From Chiloscyllium plagiosum (taxonomy: Eukaryota): DNA of 64,000 nt. The DNA is taken from NCBI RefSeq assembly GCF_004010195.1, contig NC_057719.1:76490849-76554848 (forward strand). Reading direction: 5' to 3'. Shown piece after piece: positions 13,456-27,762 of the stretch (position 1 is its first letter; each line of letters begins with the position of its first letter). The position numbers were made by a program, and so were the translations under genes. The notes beneath the pieces are model-generated. The model had not been told where the DNA came from and made no database searches. It saw only the letters and a program-made list of their open reading frames with translations.

Positions 13456-16140
13456 TGGGAGTAGGGGAGAGAGAGTTAACAACCCTAGTCACACATTCCA
13501 AGAAAGAATGCCCCCAAATGTCCGTTCATAAATTTTCAAATTCCTTTTACATTTCTTTCATATCTTTGAAGTAAGCCTTATGCTCTGAGATACTACATGT
13601 TATCTCTTGGTCAGGGAAAATTAAAGCCTGCAACTAGAGAAAGGGAAAAGGAAGAGGCTACAGCAAAATGGCAAGGAATTGTCAGAGGATGAGAGAAAAT
13701 GTAAGAACCACCAGAGTGGCACAAAGGGAGCAAGACACTTCAAGGAAACCCTTGTCTATGACCCTCATTATAACAAACACATACATCCAGCAAATGACAT
13801 TGACAATAGACCAGGGATATCTAAATGAGAATTTGAATAAAAGCCAACTTCCTCATGATGTGCAAATGGTAAAGTACGATAACTGCCTTAAAGTGAGCCG
13901 TCTGGCCAACTGGATGTTATACTTCTGGGAATGATTTTCGGTCTACACATGGGAACCAGACATGCTCAATATGTCTGGAGTAGGTAGTTCATGACTCCCA
14001 AGTAGAAAGGATTACTGCTATTTTGTTGTAAGTTTGATACCTCCAGTACTTCCACAGGCCCTGAATTAAATGCAGAAAAGGATAGTCATTCTATTTGCAA
14101 CCTCCCTGACAGCCACAATTGTAAAGTTATCTGTGGTCTTCAGGGTGGTGTCATTGTCAGTTTTAGTCGGTGGGGTATAGGCAGAATTTCTTGGAGTATC
14201 TCTGCTTTTCTTAAACTGAAGGTGAGCTCATAGTTGACTATGCTTCTAAAAGTCAACTTTTGCTTCTGAAATACCGTCCAGTGTGAAACAAGGGCATAGT
14301 CACCAGCAAATACCGGCATATCATCATCTCTGGTATCTAAGGTGAGGATTTCAGTCATCTCAGGTTGAAGAGGATATTACTTGCTCTGAACTGGACATAT
14401 ATTCCATCAATATTTTAGATCAGTGCCTCAGAAAAGCCATTACCCTCAGCTGAAGGACCCAGGAGCTCTGCTATTTTCCCTCCATCTCCTCACTCCATTC
14501 TATGGAGTCACAGCATACTGTCTTTTCTATGACAGCACTCTCAAAATGGTATGAAACTTCCCTTTTTTTTCAGAAAAAGCATTTCTCTCAGGGCAATTTT
14601 CCATATCAATATCAGCAAGTACATGACTAGGACATCTAGTGACAAGCTTAGAATATTTTAAGCTCTTGCATTCAAATAAGTTCAGAAAATCAGTGGAAAG
14701 GCCTCAAGCCTTGCTGTTCCATTTTGCGAAACCTTCCTGGCTGTTTTCAGCTCGTGGTGCCTTTGTCTTTTGTTCTTTCTGGATTTGTAAATTAGGATTG
14801 GTATGCTGCGTACTTTATGGTCTAAATCTTTGTTAGTGCTCTATAAAGGGTACTTGTCACAGCATCATTCAGAGACAAATTTGATGGTAGCGGGTGATTG
14901 TGGATGTGTGCTTTCAGGAAATTTGATATGTTCACTTCGTGGAATCAGGGACTGACAGTGCAGCTGTCTGTTTTTTTTTCCATTTGTGCAGCTGTACTAG
15001 CCAACTGTTCCAAATAAATGTTAATTTAAAACCTTGTTAAAAGCTTTTCAAGAAACAAAATATGCAATATCTAACAGTACCTAATGCTTGATTTTATCTA
15101 TTGCCACCACGTAGTATCTGTCCCTGCTCTGTTGCTACCTATCACTCTTGTATCCCTGACTTACCTTTTGCTGTTCTTTGCTAGAGTTCCCTTCTGCTTT
15201 CTGTGCTATCTGATCTTGCCCATTCAAACTCTCAACCTCCCATTTCTGCATGTTTTCACTCTCTGTAATTGTGTCTCCCTCATTTCTTTTGCTGGCTAAT
15301 TTTCCTCGTGATGGAATTTGAGTATACCAAGTTCCGCCAAAGGCGAGTTGACCTGAACCCTCGAGCTCAAATTTCCCACCTTGGGATTTTCTCTGGCTAT
15401 TGTGGCCATTTTACGTTTGTATGCGCCCAATTGCTGGTAAAACTTTCCCAGTTGCAGTGGTACCTCTGAATTTGTGGCTCAATTTGATGGGGAGGCGTAT
15501 GTGGGCACTATTGCCATAGTGACAGGCAACCTTCACAGTCGGTCAGTCTTCTGTTCTTCCTGGTGGTACATTTTTAGTGGCTGGAAGGTGGCATTTAATT
15601 AAGTGAAAGGACGACCTCCATCATCACCTTCCTGTCTCCAGCCCGTGGATGGCTTTCCCATGCCGTGATCCATTGACCCCCCTAAATGGGCACTTAATGC
15701 CTCATTCCTGTCCCCTGCCACTCGTAGTAACCCAGTGATGGGCAGGGAGCTCACCAAACTGGGGCACAGCCATCTAGAATTGTTGCTAGTTCAAAGGCAT
15801 TTGATGCCTGATCGGGGATGGTACCGAGAATGTTTGTCACCTTTTCTAAGAGGCAATTTCTACTGTGCCCGTGGTTGAGGATCTGCCTCCACATCCCTCC
15901 CCACTCTTCCATTTCTCACCTGTACTTGGGTCCTTTCTTGATCCTGCACTGGGTGTCACACCAGCAGCAGCCACTACCTTTTCCAGTAGGACTGTTGAGT
16001 AGAGATGGCTTCTGACTGGTTGGTGACTCTTGGTGGAGGAGGCACTTTTGGCCCCACCCGGGGTCTTTGATCCTAAGGATGGGCCTGGGGAATTGGCCAA
16101 CTGCTGACTTTTATTAATTGCTTGACTGGCACAAGATGTG

Positions 16141-16239
16141 CTGAAAATGTGTTGCTGGAAAAGCGCAGCAGGTCAGGCAGCATCCAAGGAGCAGGAGAAT
16201 CTACGTTTCGGGCATAAGCCCTTCTTCAGGAATCAGATG
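16141..16239 (-). mobile_element. Short HHR-bearing element, family A, tail-less, with 14-bp TSD
   Basis: TSD tggcacaagatgtg at 16127-16140 and 16240-16253. Minus-strand core CUGAAGA A GGGC-UUAU-GCCC GAAA CGUA^GAUUC is intact. Confidence 0.85.
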
Positions 16240-18072
16240 TGGCACAAGATGTGGCAGGGTCTTCTGAAAAGAAATGAGGTGGGAGATCTTCCCACATTCC
16301 AGTTGACACCTAAGACCCTAGTCATCTCTGCAAGAGTCCATTGAGAGTGCCACTGAGTGAATGAGACTGAGAGAGTGTTGGGGTGGGGTGGGGAATGGAT
16401 GTAAAAAACACCCTCAAGTTATGAATAAGTCATCCCCGACTGGAAACGTGAACTCCGTTTCCCTCTCCATGCATGCTGCCAGACCTGCTGAGGTTCTCCA
16501 GCACTTTGTGCTCATTTCATAATTTCAGCATCTGCAGTATTTTTGCTTTCATTCAAGATGGCAGCTGCTTCCTCACCAAAGCACAACGTGTGATGTCTGT
16601 CTCCAGGGGATAACCACATTCCTTTGCCTGTGGTTCGTCCATTTACATTTTGAATTTACAGACTGCGTATAGTTTTTGTGAAGTTCTGACCTCCTGCTGT
16701 GCACTTGCCTCCTGGAATGAGTTGCAGACACTGCAGGGCTCCCAAGTAAAATTCCAGAGTGCTGTTGGAAAAGTTCCACTAATTGCTTTATTAACATCCT
16801 CTTTCAGCTTCCTGCTGCTGCTGGGTGTGTTGCTCTTAGAACACAGAAGCTGCATCCTGGAAGAGCAGGAGGAGGCAGGAACACGTTAGACAGGAATGCC
16901 AGCAACATTTTTCTAATATTCCTCCTTACATCCAGAGTTCCTGGTAAAGTTCATCCCTTACCTGCGCTTCATTCTCTGCAGATATATCTAGACCTTGCAT
17001 CTGTCCATATATTGCCCTCACTACGCATCCTCACGTACACATCAAGCACAACACACACCATACAACCCACATACACCAGCATACATGCAGTCCTACCCAA
17101 ACTCATCATCATTGTATACACGGACACGCCACCATCACATACAAACAAGCTATATATACCTTGTCACCATCTTTTGTCATTCCTTAAAACTTGCCTCTTT
17201 GACCAAGATTTTAGCTACAGTCCTATTAACTCTGTAAGGCTTGGCTTAAAAGTGTTACACTGCAGCAAATACCTTGGGATGTGATGTTTTAAAAACACTG
17301 CGCAAATGCAGAGCTGTGTTATCTTTTCATAGTGTGGATTCAAGCTGCAGACTACTTTCACAGCACTTAGCTGTCCCTGTTTCCTGTCCACACTCAGATG
17401 TATAGAATTAGCACTTAGTGCCGGAACTTCCACTAAGTGTGGGCTGTTGAATTTTTAGAAATGAGCATAGTGGGGGGATGTCTGGGTGATGGTGGCTGGT
17501 GTGGATGGGGACATGAGATGTGTGAGGAGAGACATGCTTTAAAAATTTCCTTGAACGTGATTTAATTTTACCAATAGGATGTTTGAACTTGTCCAACTTG
17601 TTTTGTAAATAACACAGAGTTCCCATTTAATTACAAGACAACACTGCTGAGATCTGTTAAGTTATTTACTGGAGATCTCTTAACCACGAGTTTTGATGTT
17701 ACTGAAAGACCAGGCAGGAGGTTGTGACAGTAAATCTAATAGTACTAATCACTACTTTCAACAGCAAAGTTTAATAACACAGCATCACCTGCACTGCAGG
17801 CGAGCAAAGAAATGAATGGCTTGACTCTGACTCATTTTTATGTAACTACCTAATTGAATCTGTTTTCACAATTGCCCTTCTCAAGGGCAACTGGGACAGG
17901 CAACTAGGGATAGGCAAAAAATGTTGGCCTAGCCATTGACTCCCATGTCATGTGAGTGAATGAAAAGAAATGGCATTTAACAAGAGATAGGAATTGCTGG
18001 ACAACAACAGAAGGTTACAAGTGGGATATAATAATGTGGTGAGTTTGGAGAAGGAATGGGACTATCTTTAAT

Positions 18073-18393
18073 TAGTGGTCAGCACTGCTGACTCACAGCG
18101 CCAGGGACCCGGATTCGATTCCAGCCTCGGGTGACTGCCTGTGTGGAGTTTGCACATTCTCTCCGTGTCTGCGTGGGTTTCCTCTGGGTGCTCCAGTTTC
18201 CTCCCACAATCCAAAGATGTACAGATTAGGTGAATTGGCCATGCTAAATTGCCCATAGTGTTCAGGGATGCCTGGGTTAGGTGTATTAGTCAGGGGTAAA
18301 TATACAGGGATGGGTCTGGGTGGGTTACTCTTCGGATGTTCGGTGTGGACTTGTTGGGTCGAAGGGCCTGTTTCCACACTGTAGGGATTCTAT
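18073..18393 (+). mobile_element. HE1-like V-SINE
   Basis: Same head, V-domain and tail (gaagggcctgtttccacactgtagggattcta). Confidence 0.9.
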
Positions 18394-19211
18394 TTAAAAA
18401 AAAGAAGTGAAGGAATGCTTTCCTTTGGAGTTAATGGTGAAGCACATGGCTTTGAAGTAGCATGGTTGACCAGAAGTGAGCTTAAATCAGCATGTTGGTA
18501 TTCGTACAGAAAAATGGACTGTTTGTTATATTTAAAAATAAATGATTTTGCAGTCTTGGTCTTGTACAGATCACCGTCCAGTCTCCTGCCCTTCAGCAGC
18601 GTTACCTTTCGAAGCAGATGAAAGAAAGTGAAATTCTTGTATTTATTGAAGTTCCTTTCACAGCCTGGGGATATGTCTCCGAATGATGCAGGAGCAAGCA
18701 TGCAGTCAGTGTGCACACAGCAAAGTCTCACAAACAGTCATGAGATGCTAATTTGTTTATGGTGGTGTTTGCTAAGCACCAGGATCTTGATGCTTTTTTT
18801 GAGGGGGAGTGGGGAGTGCTGTAAGGATATTTACATCCATTTTAAACAACAATTTAACAATATCTAGTCTGGAGCATCTCTTGTCATCATTAACTGATGA
18901 TGCAGCTTTTCCTCGTCAGAGTGCCTGTCCTGAAGAACACATTGGCTCCTCCCCAGTTTCTGACGTCAAGCTGATTGGGTAATTACCACATATCATGAGA
19001 GTTGCAGGGTAAGCCTGAGCCAGTGCATAGTGCCTCAACAGAAGGTGCCACTGAACTCCATAGCATAGCAAAGCCAAGGGGAGGACTGCCCTGACCTTCA
19101 GAATCTTTCATGTGCCATTTCAGAATCATCTTCAAAAACATCATATGTCTCAGTAGTAAATGTACCTTTCCAGCATTCTAGATAAGGTCTATGACAGCCA
19201 CTCCCCTGAAG

Positions 19212-19504
19212 ATCATAAAATTCTGACACCGAAGGCGCAGGCCATTCTGACCATAGAGTTCACACCAATCCTCCGAAGAGCATCCCACCCATTCTCCTAC
19301 CCTATCTCTGTAACCCGGCATTCCCCATGGCTCATCCACCTAACCTGCACATCTTTGGACTGTGGGAGAAAACTGGAATGCCCACAGGAAACCCACGCAG
19401 ACACTGGGAGAATGTGCAAACCTCACACAGCCAGTCACCCAAGGCTGGGACCAAACCTGGGTCCCTAGTGCTGTAAGGCAGCAGTGCTAGCCACTGAGCC
19501 ACCC
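19212..19504 (-). mobile_element. HE1-like V-SINE
   Basis: Reverse complement of the V-domain (ggaaacccacgcagacactgggagaatgtgcaaac) and tRNA head. Confidence 0.85.
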
Positions 19505-21534
19505 CCAGGATGTTTAAGCTGCCCTATTTTTTGCCATTGCTGCTGTCAGCATGAGGGTGAGGCTTCAAGAATCATTTATGAAACTTAAATGATGTAGCAC
19601 TCACACAATACTGCACTGTAATATCAAACAGGAATATGTGCTCAAGGTCTGTAGTGGGAAGAGAGGTAGCAGACATTGAACAGCAATTAAAGGTATTTGG
19701 GGCTAGGAGACAGAAGGTCTAGTTCAAAGGCAAGATCTTCCAACACCATTAGGACAGTCTATACTTGAACTGTGCTGGGGCCAGAATTCTAAAGAGTCTT
19801 TTAACTATAGAGAGAGAAAGCATTTCAAACTAAATAACAGGATAAAGGGGTCAAATTTCAGAAGATGTGGTAAATCATAGGCAGTTGGTTTTGAACTTCT
19901 TAAGTTATTGTTGGAGCTGTACTCAGCTCAAGAGTATTCTATCACATACATGAATGGTGCATTTTACGTGATAGAGGGACTCTGGGGAGTCAGGAAGTGA
20001 GTCACTAATGCAGGAGTCCTAGCCTCTGGCCTGCTCTTGTAACAAGCAGATTAGATAATTGAAGCTGGGGCATGTAGCACGCACAGTGTTGTCTGGTCAA
20101 AGTTGCTCCATCCTCTTGATTTGCAACAACAGGGTGAATCTGATTGCTGCTCAGTACAGAAGTGTGATCACAATATGCAGTTGATTGAATGCTTGGGAGG
20201 AGGTTACCAGACTACCCTATTGTCCGAATATTCCTTTAATCTTCCTGATCTAAGCCCCAAAACTAGTCTGTGAAAAGTTAGAAGTGTGCCATATGGATGG
20301 CATTAATGGGAACAAAGAAAAGAGAGCATCATAAATTTGCCAGGAGGCAGTACCAACAACCACACTTTCAAAAATAATGGTGGGCTTCAAATGATTCATC
20401 GGTACAGAAGCAGCAATGTGAGATGTGGCAGCAACCTGTCTGCCTTGCAAACTGTTGAAGTATTACACATTGCTTCCTATGGAATGCCATGAAAGATGGA
20501 CTGTCAGGCAAACCAGCAATGAACAAAATATGAGCATGCTGTACAAGAGAAATTCAGCAAGTCTGGGAGCATCTGTCGAAGGAGAAACTGAGTTAATGTT
20601 GAGCGCAGTATGACTCTTCCAAAAAAAGGACCTGAAGTTTGAAGAAGATTCACACTGGAATTGAATTGCCAACTCTGATTCTCCCTCTACAGATATTGAG
20701 TTGCTTGAGTACACTGTGATTATCTTAGATTTCCATCATCCATAGTATTTTGCTTTTAGTTATGGCAGTGAACACCATCTGATTGGCTTCATTGTCCAAA
20801 GTGGGACCAAGTGAACTTGCAAGACATTGTCTTAATGTAACAAGAGGTGTAGGGAAGCACCTTTCCTGGGCCTTGGTATACTGAGATCCAGCTCCAAACA
20901 TAAACCGCAAACTTTAGGACACCTACTGACATTAGTTAAAGGAATGTGAATGGCTTCCTTCCCCATCCTTTTAAACCTTTAACCCTTTATGCATGGCAAA
21001 GACAGCTAATTAATTAAGATACTTTTTGAACCTTTCCAAAGCAGTTAAGAATTTCAGCACACTCAATTTTACAATTGTGATAAACTCTCCCCATCTCTTT
21101 TTTTTAAATTTCACCCATACTCAATTTTTGGCTCTCACCACTACTATATTCTTTGTTTCTTGTTATTTAATTGGACTGCTTTTTTATATAAGAATAAAGA
21201 CGTTCACCGTGGCACCTTGATATTCCAATTTTTAACAATCATTTAGACTTAAACAGACTGGGGGAGGAAGGTTAAACCTTCATCTTTTTTTTAAAGAAAA
21301 AGTGTTCTACACAGTTTGCATTCCCCTCACTCAAAGGCATTTTATTTGTAAATGTCTGGCCAAGAGTGGGGGTGTGGAGTGATATTTCCTACAGGACTGG
21401 GATGCTGGCATCCGAACTGAAGGGCACAGGCCTGACTCAGAGGTTTGTCTCGCGATGTGAACTTGCTGAACTTTGGGACCTCCTGTTCAGCTCCCAGCTC
21501 AGCTTCTGCAGCCGAGAAAAAGGCATTTCCATAA

Positions 21535-21690
21535 TTAACGTTAACGTATCGGGTTCGGGGAGGAAGGGTCACTGGACCCTGAACGTTGGCTCCTGATTTC
21601 TCTCCACAGATGTTGCCAGACCTGCTGAGCTGTTCCATCAATTTCTGTACTTGTTTCTGATTTCCAGCAACTGCAGTTCTTTTGATTTCT
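21535..21690 (+). mobile_element. Decayed family C element
   Basis: gaggaagggtcactggaccctgaacgtt...ctctccacagatgttgccagacctgctgag...gatttccagcaactgcagttc; related decayed copies at ~11690-11855, ~16418-16550, ~20545-20720, ~21848-22000 and ~23765-23852. Confidence 0.6.
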
Positions 21691-22764
21691 ATTTCTATGG
21701 TGTGTCTGTATAGTGCGCTCTCATGTTAGCTGACTGACTGGTAGTATTGATGACAATTGTTTTGTAGACAACTTAGTTAAAATTTTCCTGAAATATAAAC
21801 CTAGCAAGCGAACTTATTCCAAATATAAGCAGTTTTATGTTGTGCGAAGAATCTGTAGAAGGGAAAACCGAGTTAATGTTGACTCATCACAAGAAGAATC
21901 TGAATTTCGAAAAAGATTCATACTAGAATTGAAGTGCTAACTCTGATTCTCCCTCTGCAGATGCTGCTGGATCTACTGAGTTTTTTGAGTACTCTGATTA
22001 TTTCTAACTAATTAAGTCGAGATAATTGGAAGCAATCTAATAAAGTCTAGGCCATTGAGTGAAGCTAATTGTTCCAACATTAACATATCTAACCTTTCTC
22101 ATAATTATTTCTGTTTGGTCGTATCTATCTGTGTTAGTTCAGCAATGTATATGATAATCTTCCTGGTATTTCACAGTATAACAAAGGGGAGTCATTTATA
22201 CAATTTTGACCTTGTGAATGCCCCTACATCAGAGTGGTTAGAGTCAGCAAACCAACTGATACATCAATTGATGTAATGTATAGCATGGGAATAAGTTTAC
22301 TGGTTCACATTCCAATATTAATTGCTGTTCTAGTGTTTTTTTTAAATCTCTTGTTAACAAATTTAATCTAAGTAGACAAATGATTGTTTGAACAGAGGCT
22401 CAAAGTTAGCACAATTGCATTGGAATAGGCACTCGGGGAATTAGACACCTAATTGTGTTAATCTGAGTATAGGCTAAATTGGAATCCATTTCCTTAGTGT
22501 GGTGAAGGCAAACTGGGTTCAAACTAACCCAAAACACATCAGTCATTCAGAATGCACTTGTAGTAATGGGATTGGCCATGAAATAAACTGCTAATGTTGT
22601 ACGCACCGAATGAACTGAAGCCGCCTCTGTGTAATATACTAACGTCCGATGCTTACGTTGTAGAGGATGAAGACAGTCAGTTAGTCAGAGAGACTGGATG
22701 AGACCTTCGTAAACTTGTGTGGAAATGATTAGTCAGATGATTGCTCCATGTGGTGTTTGATGTG

Positions 22765-23620
22765 GTGACCTCACAGAGGTTTATAAAATCATGAGGAACA
22801 TGGATGGGATAAATAGACAAGGTCTTTTCCCTAGGGTGGGGGAGACCAAACTAGAGGGCATAGGTTTAATATGAAAGGGGAAAGATATAAAAGGGACCTC
22901 AGGGGTACCGTTTTCATGCAGTGGGTGATGCGTGTATGGACTGAGCTACCAGAGGAAGCGGTGGAGGCCAGTACAATTATAACATTCAAAAGTCGAAAAC
23001 CACACAACACCAGGTTTATAGTCCAACAGGTTTGTTTGGATTACAAGCTTTCAGGTAGTTGATGGAGCCGTATCATAGGACACAGAAATTTTAGCAAAAG
23101 ATCGTAGTGTCTTACACTGATGCGAGATATTGAACACGCCTAGATTGCTGTTGAGTCTTTCATCTTTTAGAATGGGTTGCAAGTTTTGATTCATTAATAT
23201 GTAAATCTCAGAACTTCTTTAAAGTCACATTTCTGAGATAACTTAAGGTTTTATTTAAAAAAAAAAGTGACATCTCAATTCAGACAATGCATTAAAGGTG
23301 TGAGACTAGAGTCTGTATGTATTCCAATTTTGAGTCAGACTGGTTCTATTTCCAAAGCAGCGCTCTGAAAGCTCATACTTCCAAATAAACCTTTTGGACT
23401 ATAACCTAATGTCATGTGATTTTTAACTTTGTCCACCCCAATCCAACACCGGCACCTCCACAACATTAAAAAGGCATCTGGATGGGTATATGGATAGGAA
23501 GGGTTTAGAGGGATATGGGTAAAGTGCTGGCAAATGTGACTAGATTAATTTAGGATATCTGGTTGGCATGGACAAGTTGGACCCGGGTCTGTTTCTGTGC
23601 TGCACATCTCTATGACTTTG
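22765..23620 (+). mobile_element. CR1-type LINE 3' end, interrupted by a PLE insert
   Basis: KGERYKRDLRG...RVWTELPEEAVEASTIITFK, resuming after 23473. Confidence 0.85.
22993..23461. mobile_element. Non-coding PLE pLTR fold-back insert nested in a CR1 3' end
   Basis: Same pLTR family as 9955-11174, in two opposed pieces. Flanked by aacattCaaaag (22981-22992) and aacattAaaaag (23462-23473). Confidence 0.8.
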
Positions 23621-24695
23621 TGACTTAACAACTGTGCATGTTGTGAACACGTCAAGGAATCATTCAATAATAATTCTGACCACAAGGGCAAAATCTTATA
23701 AAGTTGCTCAAGAAGATGGCTCTGCCAAAAATACAATATAAAAATTCTTCAATGGAAGTAAGATAGCAAATGCTGGAAATCAAACAAAATCTGTTAGAAA
23801 GACATGGCAGGCCTGTCAGCTCCTGCAAGTAGAAAAGACAGGTTAATGTTTCTGCTGGAACTCCTTTATTGGTTGTGCCAAAGACTCTGGAACAGAACAA
23901 ACCAGAAATGTTGCGCCACCTCTCCTCCCCTGAATGTTGAGGCATCTGTTTTATAATTGCGGCGTTTTAAAATTTTGACCACATGGAGGAATTGAGAGAA
24001 TAGTGTAAAATGGATTTAAGGGAAGGTAGCTAAGTGTTTCGAGGGGAGAGGAATTGAACGATATTGTGAAACGGTGAGTCAAAATAGAGTGGGAGGAGGC
24101 TCACATGGAGCAGAAACATTCATTAGCCCAATGGAATATTTTGTAGTTATACTCTGTTACTGAGTTCAATATAGCTCAAAGTAAAATTCATATATTTTTA
24201 GAAAAATGGAAACATTGAAATTAGAAGCAGGCCTTTCGGCCCTTTAAGCCCACTGTGCCATTCAATATGATTGTGGCTGTTTCTCTATCTCAATGGCAAA
24301 TACTTGTTTTTTTCTCATACTCCTTTATGCCTTTGAACTCTTTAAAAAAAGGGCTGTCACATTCAGAGACTTCTCCTCCACAGGTTCACTGCCTGTTTGA
24401 GTGAAGACTCCACCCCCCCGCCCCCCATCTCAGTCCCAAATGGTCTGCTCCATACCCTGATACTTTGACCCTGATTCTAGACTCCGCAGCTAAGGAAACA
24501 TCCTCCCTGCAGCCTGTACAGCCTTTATAGAACTTTGCACATTTCAATGAGATCTCCTCTCCTCTTTCTAAACTCTGGCGAATACAGGCTCACTCTAATC
24601 AATCTCTCCTCATTAAAAAGTCCTGTCATCCACAGTATCAGCTTGGTGAACATCTGCTGCACTATGACAGGTATATCATTACTGGATGCCACGAT

Positions 24696-24926
24696 ATGGA
24701 GATGCCGGTGTTGGACTGGGGTGTACAAAGTTAAAAATCACACAACACCAGGTTAAAGTCCAACAGGTTTATTTGGAAGCACTAGCTTTCGGAGCGATGC
24801 TCCTTCATCAGGTAGCTGTGGAGCAGAACCATAGCAAAAGATTACAGCGTCATGTAACTGAAATGATATGTTGAACCAACCTATATTGCTGCTATATCTT
24901 TCATGTTTTAGATTGGGTTGCAGGTT
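24696..24926 (-). mobile_element. PLE pLTR fragment nested in CR1
   Basis: Matches the terminal part of 9955-10200 (ggagatgccggtgttggactggggtgtacaaagttaaaaatcacacaacaccagg...). Confidence 0.8.
24778..24817 (-). ncRNA. Minimal type I hammerhead ribozyme motif (AGCU type), core intact
   Basis: Minus strand reads AGCUAC CUGAUGA A GGAGC-AUC-GCUCC GAAA GCUA^GUGCU. Stem II is 5 bp, stem I is 5 bp with one bulge, and the helix III region is the palindrome AGCU. Confidence 0.75.
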
Positions 24927-26119
24927 GTATTGGGTGGGGAGACCAAAACTGCATGCAATGTACCAGCTATGGTCTCACTAAGGCCTCGTATAACTGCAGT
25001 AGGATAGCTCTACTTCTGACCTCAAATTCTCTCTCAATTAATGCCAGTATACCATTTGGCTTCTGCATTTGCCTATTTATTTTCCTTGGCTCGTGTACAA
25101 GGACACCCAGATCCCATTGCAAGTTCACACATCCTAGTATATTGCCATTTAAATAATACTTTGCTTTTCTGGTTTTCACATTGACGTGTACAACTTCACA
25201 TTTAGCCAGGTTGCATTGTTTTTTTTTAAACATTCAGACTCCTGCTTTTGAACTGAGTCTTTTGGAGTGAAGATGTCATGTAGTGCTGTGTGACTGCGAG
25301 GAGCCTCGACACCATGGGTGTTTCAAGGACATTCCCGTGTGTATTTTCTGTCACGGTCTGCATTTGTCACCTTTTCCCCATTGTCTTGTGTTCCAATTCT
25401 GTCGGCTTCAGATTGCTTTATGTATCTTCTCTTTTCTGCTGCTCATGTGATGCTATCTCTCAATAGGCATCAGTAATACCTCACATCTGAAAGTCAAGCC
25501 TGAGGAAATAGAGGAGAAACTCATCAAATGCTCAATATAAATCTCTTAATGGACACAAAAAATGCTGAAGTTAGATGTTTGTAATAATGCACGCTTTACC
25601 TTTTTACTCCTGGAAGCAATTTTCAAGAAATGGGAAAATCATCATTTTATACAAAACCATTACTTCTTAATGCACTATTTATGTATGTGCTGGCTCTAAC
25701 ACTCATTCTGAATTAACCCTCTAAGTGTTTGTAAATCATAACTAGGGAAATTAAAATTTGTGAAAATCAAATTTCCTGCTTTAGTTAACCATCTTACACT
25801 CCATCCTGGATAAATTTGGTGGTGCACTTGTCTGGCTTATACCTCATATATTACCCAATTGATATGCATGTTGCTATAAATCATGCAAGTCCCATGTCCA
25901 CTAAAGCAACAAGTGATTTAGCCTAAGGCAAACAGTATTGCTAGTCATTTTACAAATCTCACATAGGTAAAACATATACCACATATTTCTGCAGTTTATA
26001 CCCAACTACCCCTCAGATCCTGTGCAAAATTATCAGTGTCACATGCTTTGTTCACTGTTTTGCTGTATGTCATGGTTGGCAAATTTATCTTGGAGCAATG
26101 CAGCGAGGACACTACTGCT

Positions 26120-26384
26120 AAATGTGCAAGAGGTTTATTCAGGGTAATTTAAAATGTCTCAGAATTGGTAGTGATTGGAAACAGCCAGGTAGATCTCCTT
26201 GGGTATTAGATCCCTGATTGGGGCTGTTAATCTGGCCCAGAATCAGAGAGCGTTGGCTGTCAGATATAAACAGGAGATTCTGTAGGGACTGACTCTGAGC
26301 TGGCTGGCCAGATTCCATAGACTGTGCACATGTAAATAAAGGGTGACTCGGTGACAGGATACTGGCATCTGTGCAATTATTTCA
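26120..26384 (+). mobile_element. Possible solo LTR
   Basis: TATAAA (~26265), AATAAA (26335-26340) and a ...ttatttCA end; the 5' boundary is uncertain. Confidence 0.4.
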
Positions 26385-27527
26385 ATTCCCAAACATGTGG
26401 TCACACGTGATCTATCTCCATCTTTCCTTTGGACGTTTCTATCTCCAATACCCTTGTAGCTCCACCTACAGGCTTAAGCAGTCAAGAAAGATAGATCAGT
26501 GAACAAAATCAGACACACATAAATTAATCCATTGATTTCACCTCTTTAAATGCATTGTTAAATTTTGAGTACTGTTGAGGCTTCTTTTTCCCCCTCCTAG
26601 GGCATGGGCATTGCTGGCTAGGCCAGCATTTATTGCCTGTTCCTAGTTACCATTGAGAAAGTGTGGTGAGCTGCCTTCTTGAGCCGCTGTAGTCCATGAT
26701 GTTGTACTGTTAAGGAGAGAATTCCAAGATTTTGATCTAGCAACCATGAAGGAACGAGCATTAGATTTCCAAGTCGAACTTCAAGGAGAACTTGCAGGTG
26801 GTGGTATTCTCATATATCTGCTGTCATTTGTGCTTTCAGGTGGAAGTTGTTGTGGTTTTGGAAGGTGTTGTCTAAGGATCTTGGGTGAATTCCTGAGGTG
26901 CAGATATATGAGAACACCACCACCTGCAAGCTCTTATAGATGCACTTGTACATTTGTATGTCTACTAATATGCATCTTTCCTCTATCATTGTCGGTGAAA
27001 ATAGTGTCACGGTAGGAACACTGGCAGGGCATTCATCTGGATGGCTCCAAATGTGCACTTGGAATTTTCCATTTGAAGGCAAGTTGCTGACAACACTGGA
27101 CAAAACCTCTCCTTAATTCCAACATGTCTACTTTTATGACAGTTAACCATAGATAGTCACCAAGGATTTTGTCACATTGATCACATCTGAAAGTTTCCTC
27201 ACTCTTTTGTGTCAGAAATTGTCTCTTCAGGGAGATGGATTCTGAAATGAAGCATTACACTCCGGACATTGAAATAGTATCTCTTCCAAGAGTGCCTTTT
27301 GTGGTTTTTGTTCACCATTTCAGCAAATCCTTTTCTCTAAGGTTGCATTTTTAGGGTTTGTACTTGCTCAGGGTACATTTTACGTGGTGTCACTTATAGA
27401 GTCATACAGTAGGGAAACAGACCCTTCAGTCCAACTAGCCCATGCTGACCATAATCCTAAACAGAGCTAGTTTCACCTGTCTGCAATTGGCCCATATCCC
27501 TCCAAATCTTTCCTATTCATGAATTTA

Positions 27528-27762
27528 GTGCTGAAAATGTGTTGCTGGAAAAGCGCAGCAGGTCAGGCAGCATCCAAGGAACAGGAGAATCAACATTTTG
27601 GGCACAAGCCCTTCTTCAGGAATGGCTTGTGCCCGAATTCCTGAAGAAGGGCTCATGCCTGAAACGTCGATTCTCCTGTTCCTTGGATGCTGCCTGACCT
27701 GCTGCGCTTTTCCAGCAACACATTTTCAGCTCTGATCTCCAGCATCTGCAGCCCTCACTTTC
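27528..27762. mobile_element. Family A fold-back (inverted pair) insert with 17-bp TSD, nested in CR1
   Basis: Arms 27530-27623 and 27637-27730 are reverse complements. TSD tcctattcatgaattta at 27511-27527 and 27763-27779. Confidence 0.9.
27635..27673 (+). ncRNA. Minimal hammerhead motif (ACGU type)
   Basis: GAAUUC CUGAAGA A GGGC-UCAU-GCCU GAAA CGUC^GAUUC. Confidence 0.7.

Larger units (their letters stand above)
24212..25235 (-). mobile_element. CR1-type LINE 3' part, interrupted by a PLE fragment
   Basis: ORFs DLGVLVHE...ILLQLYEALVRP and LYSPEFRKRRGDLIEMCKVL. Confidence 0.8.
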
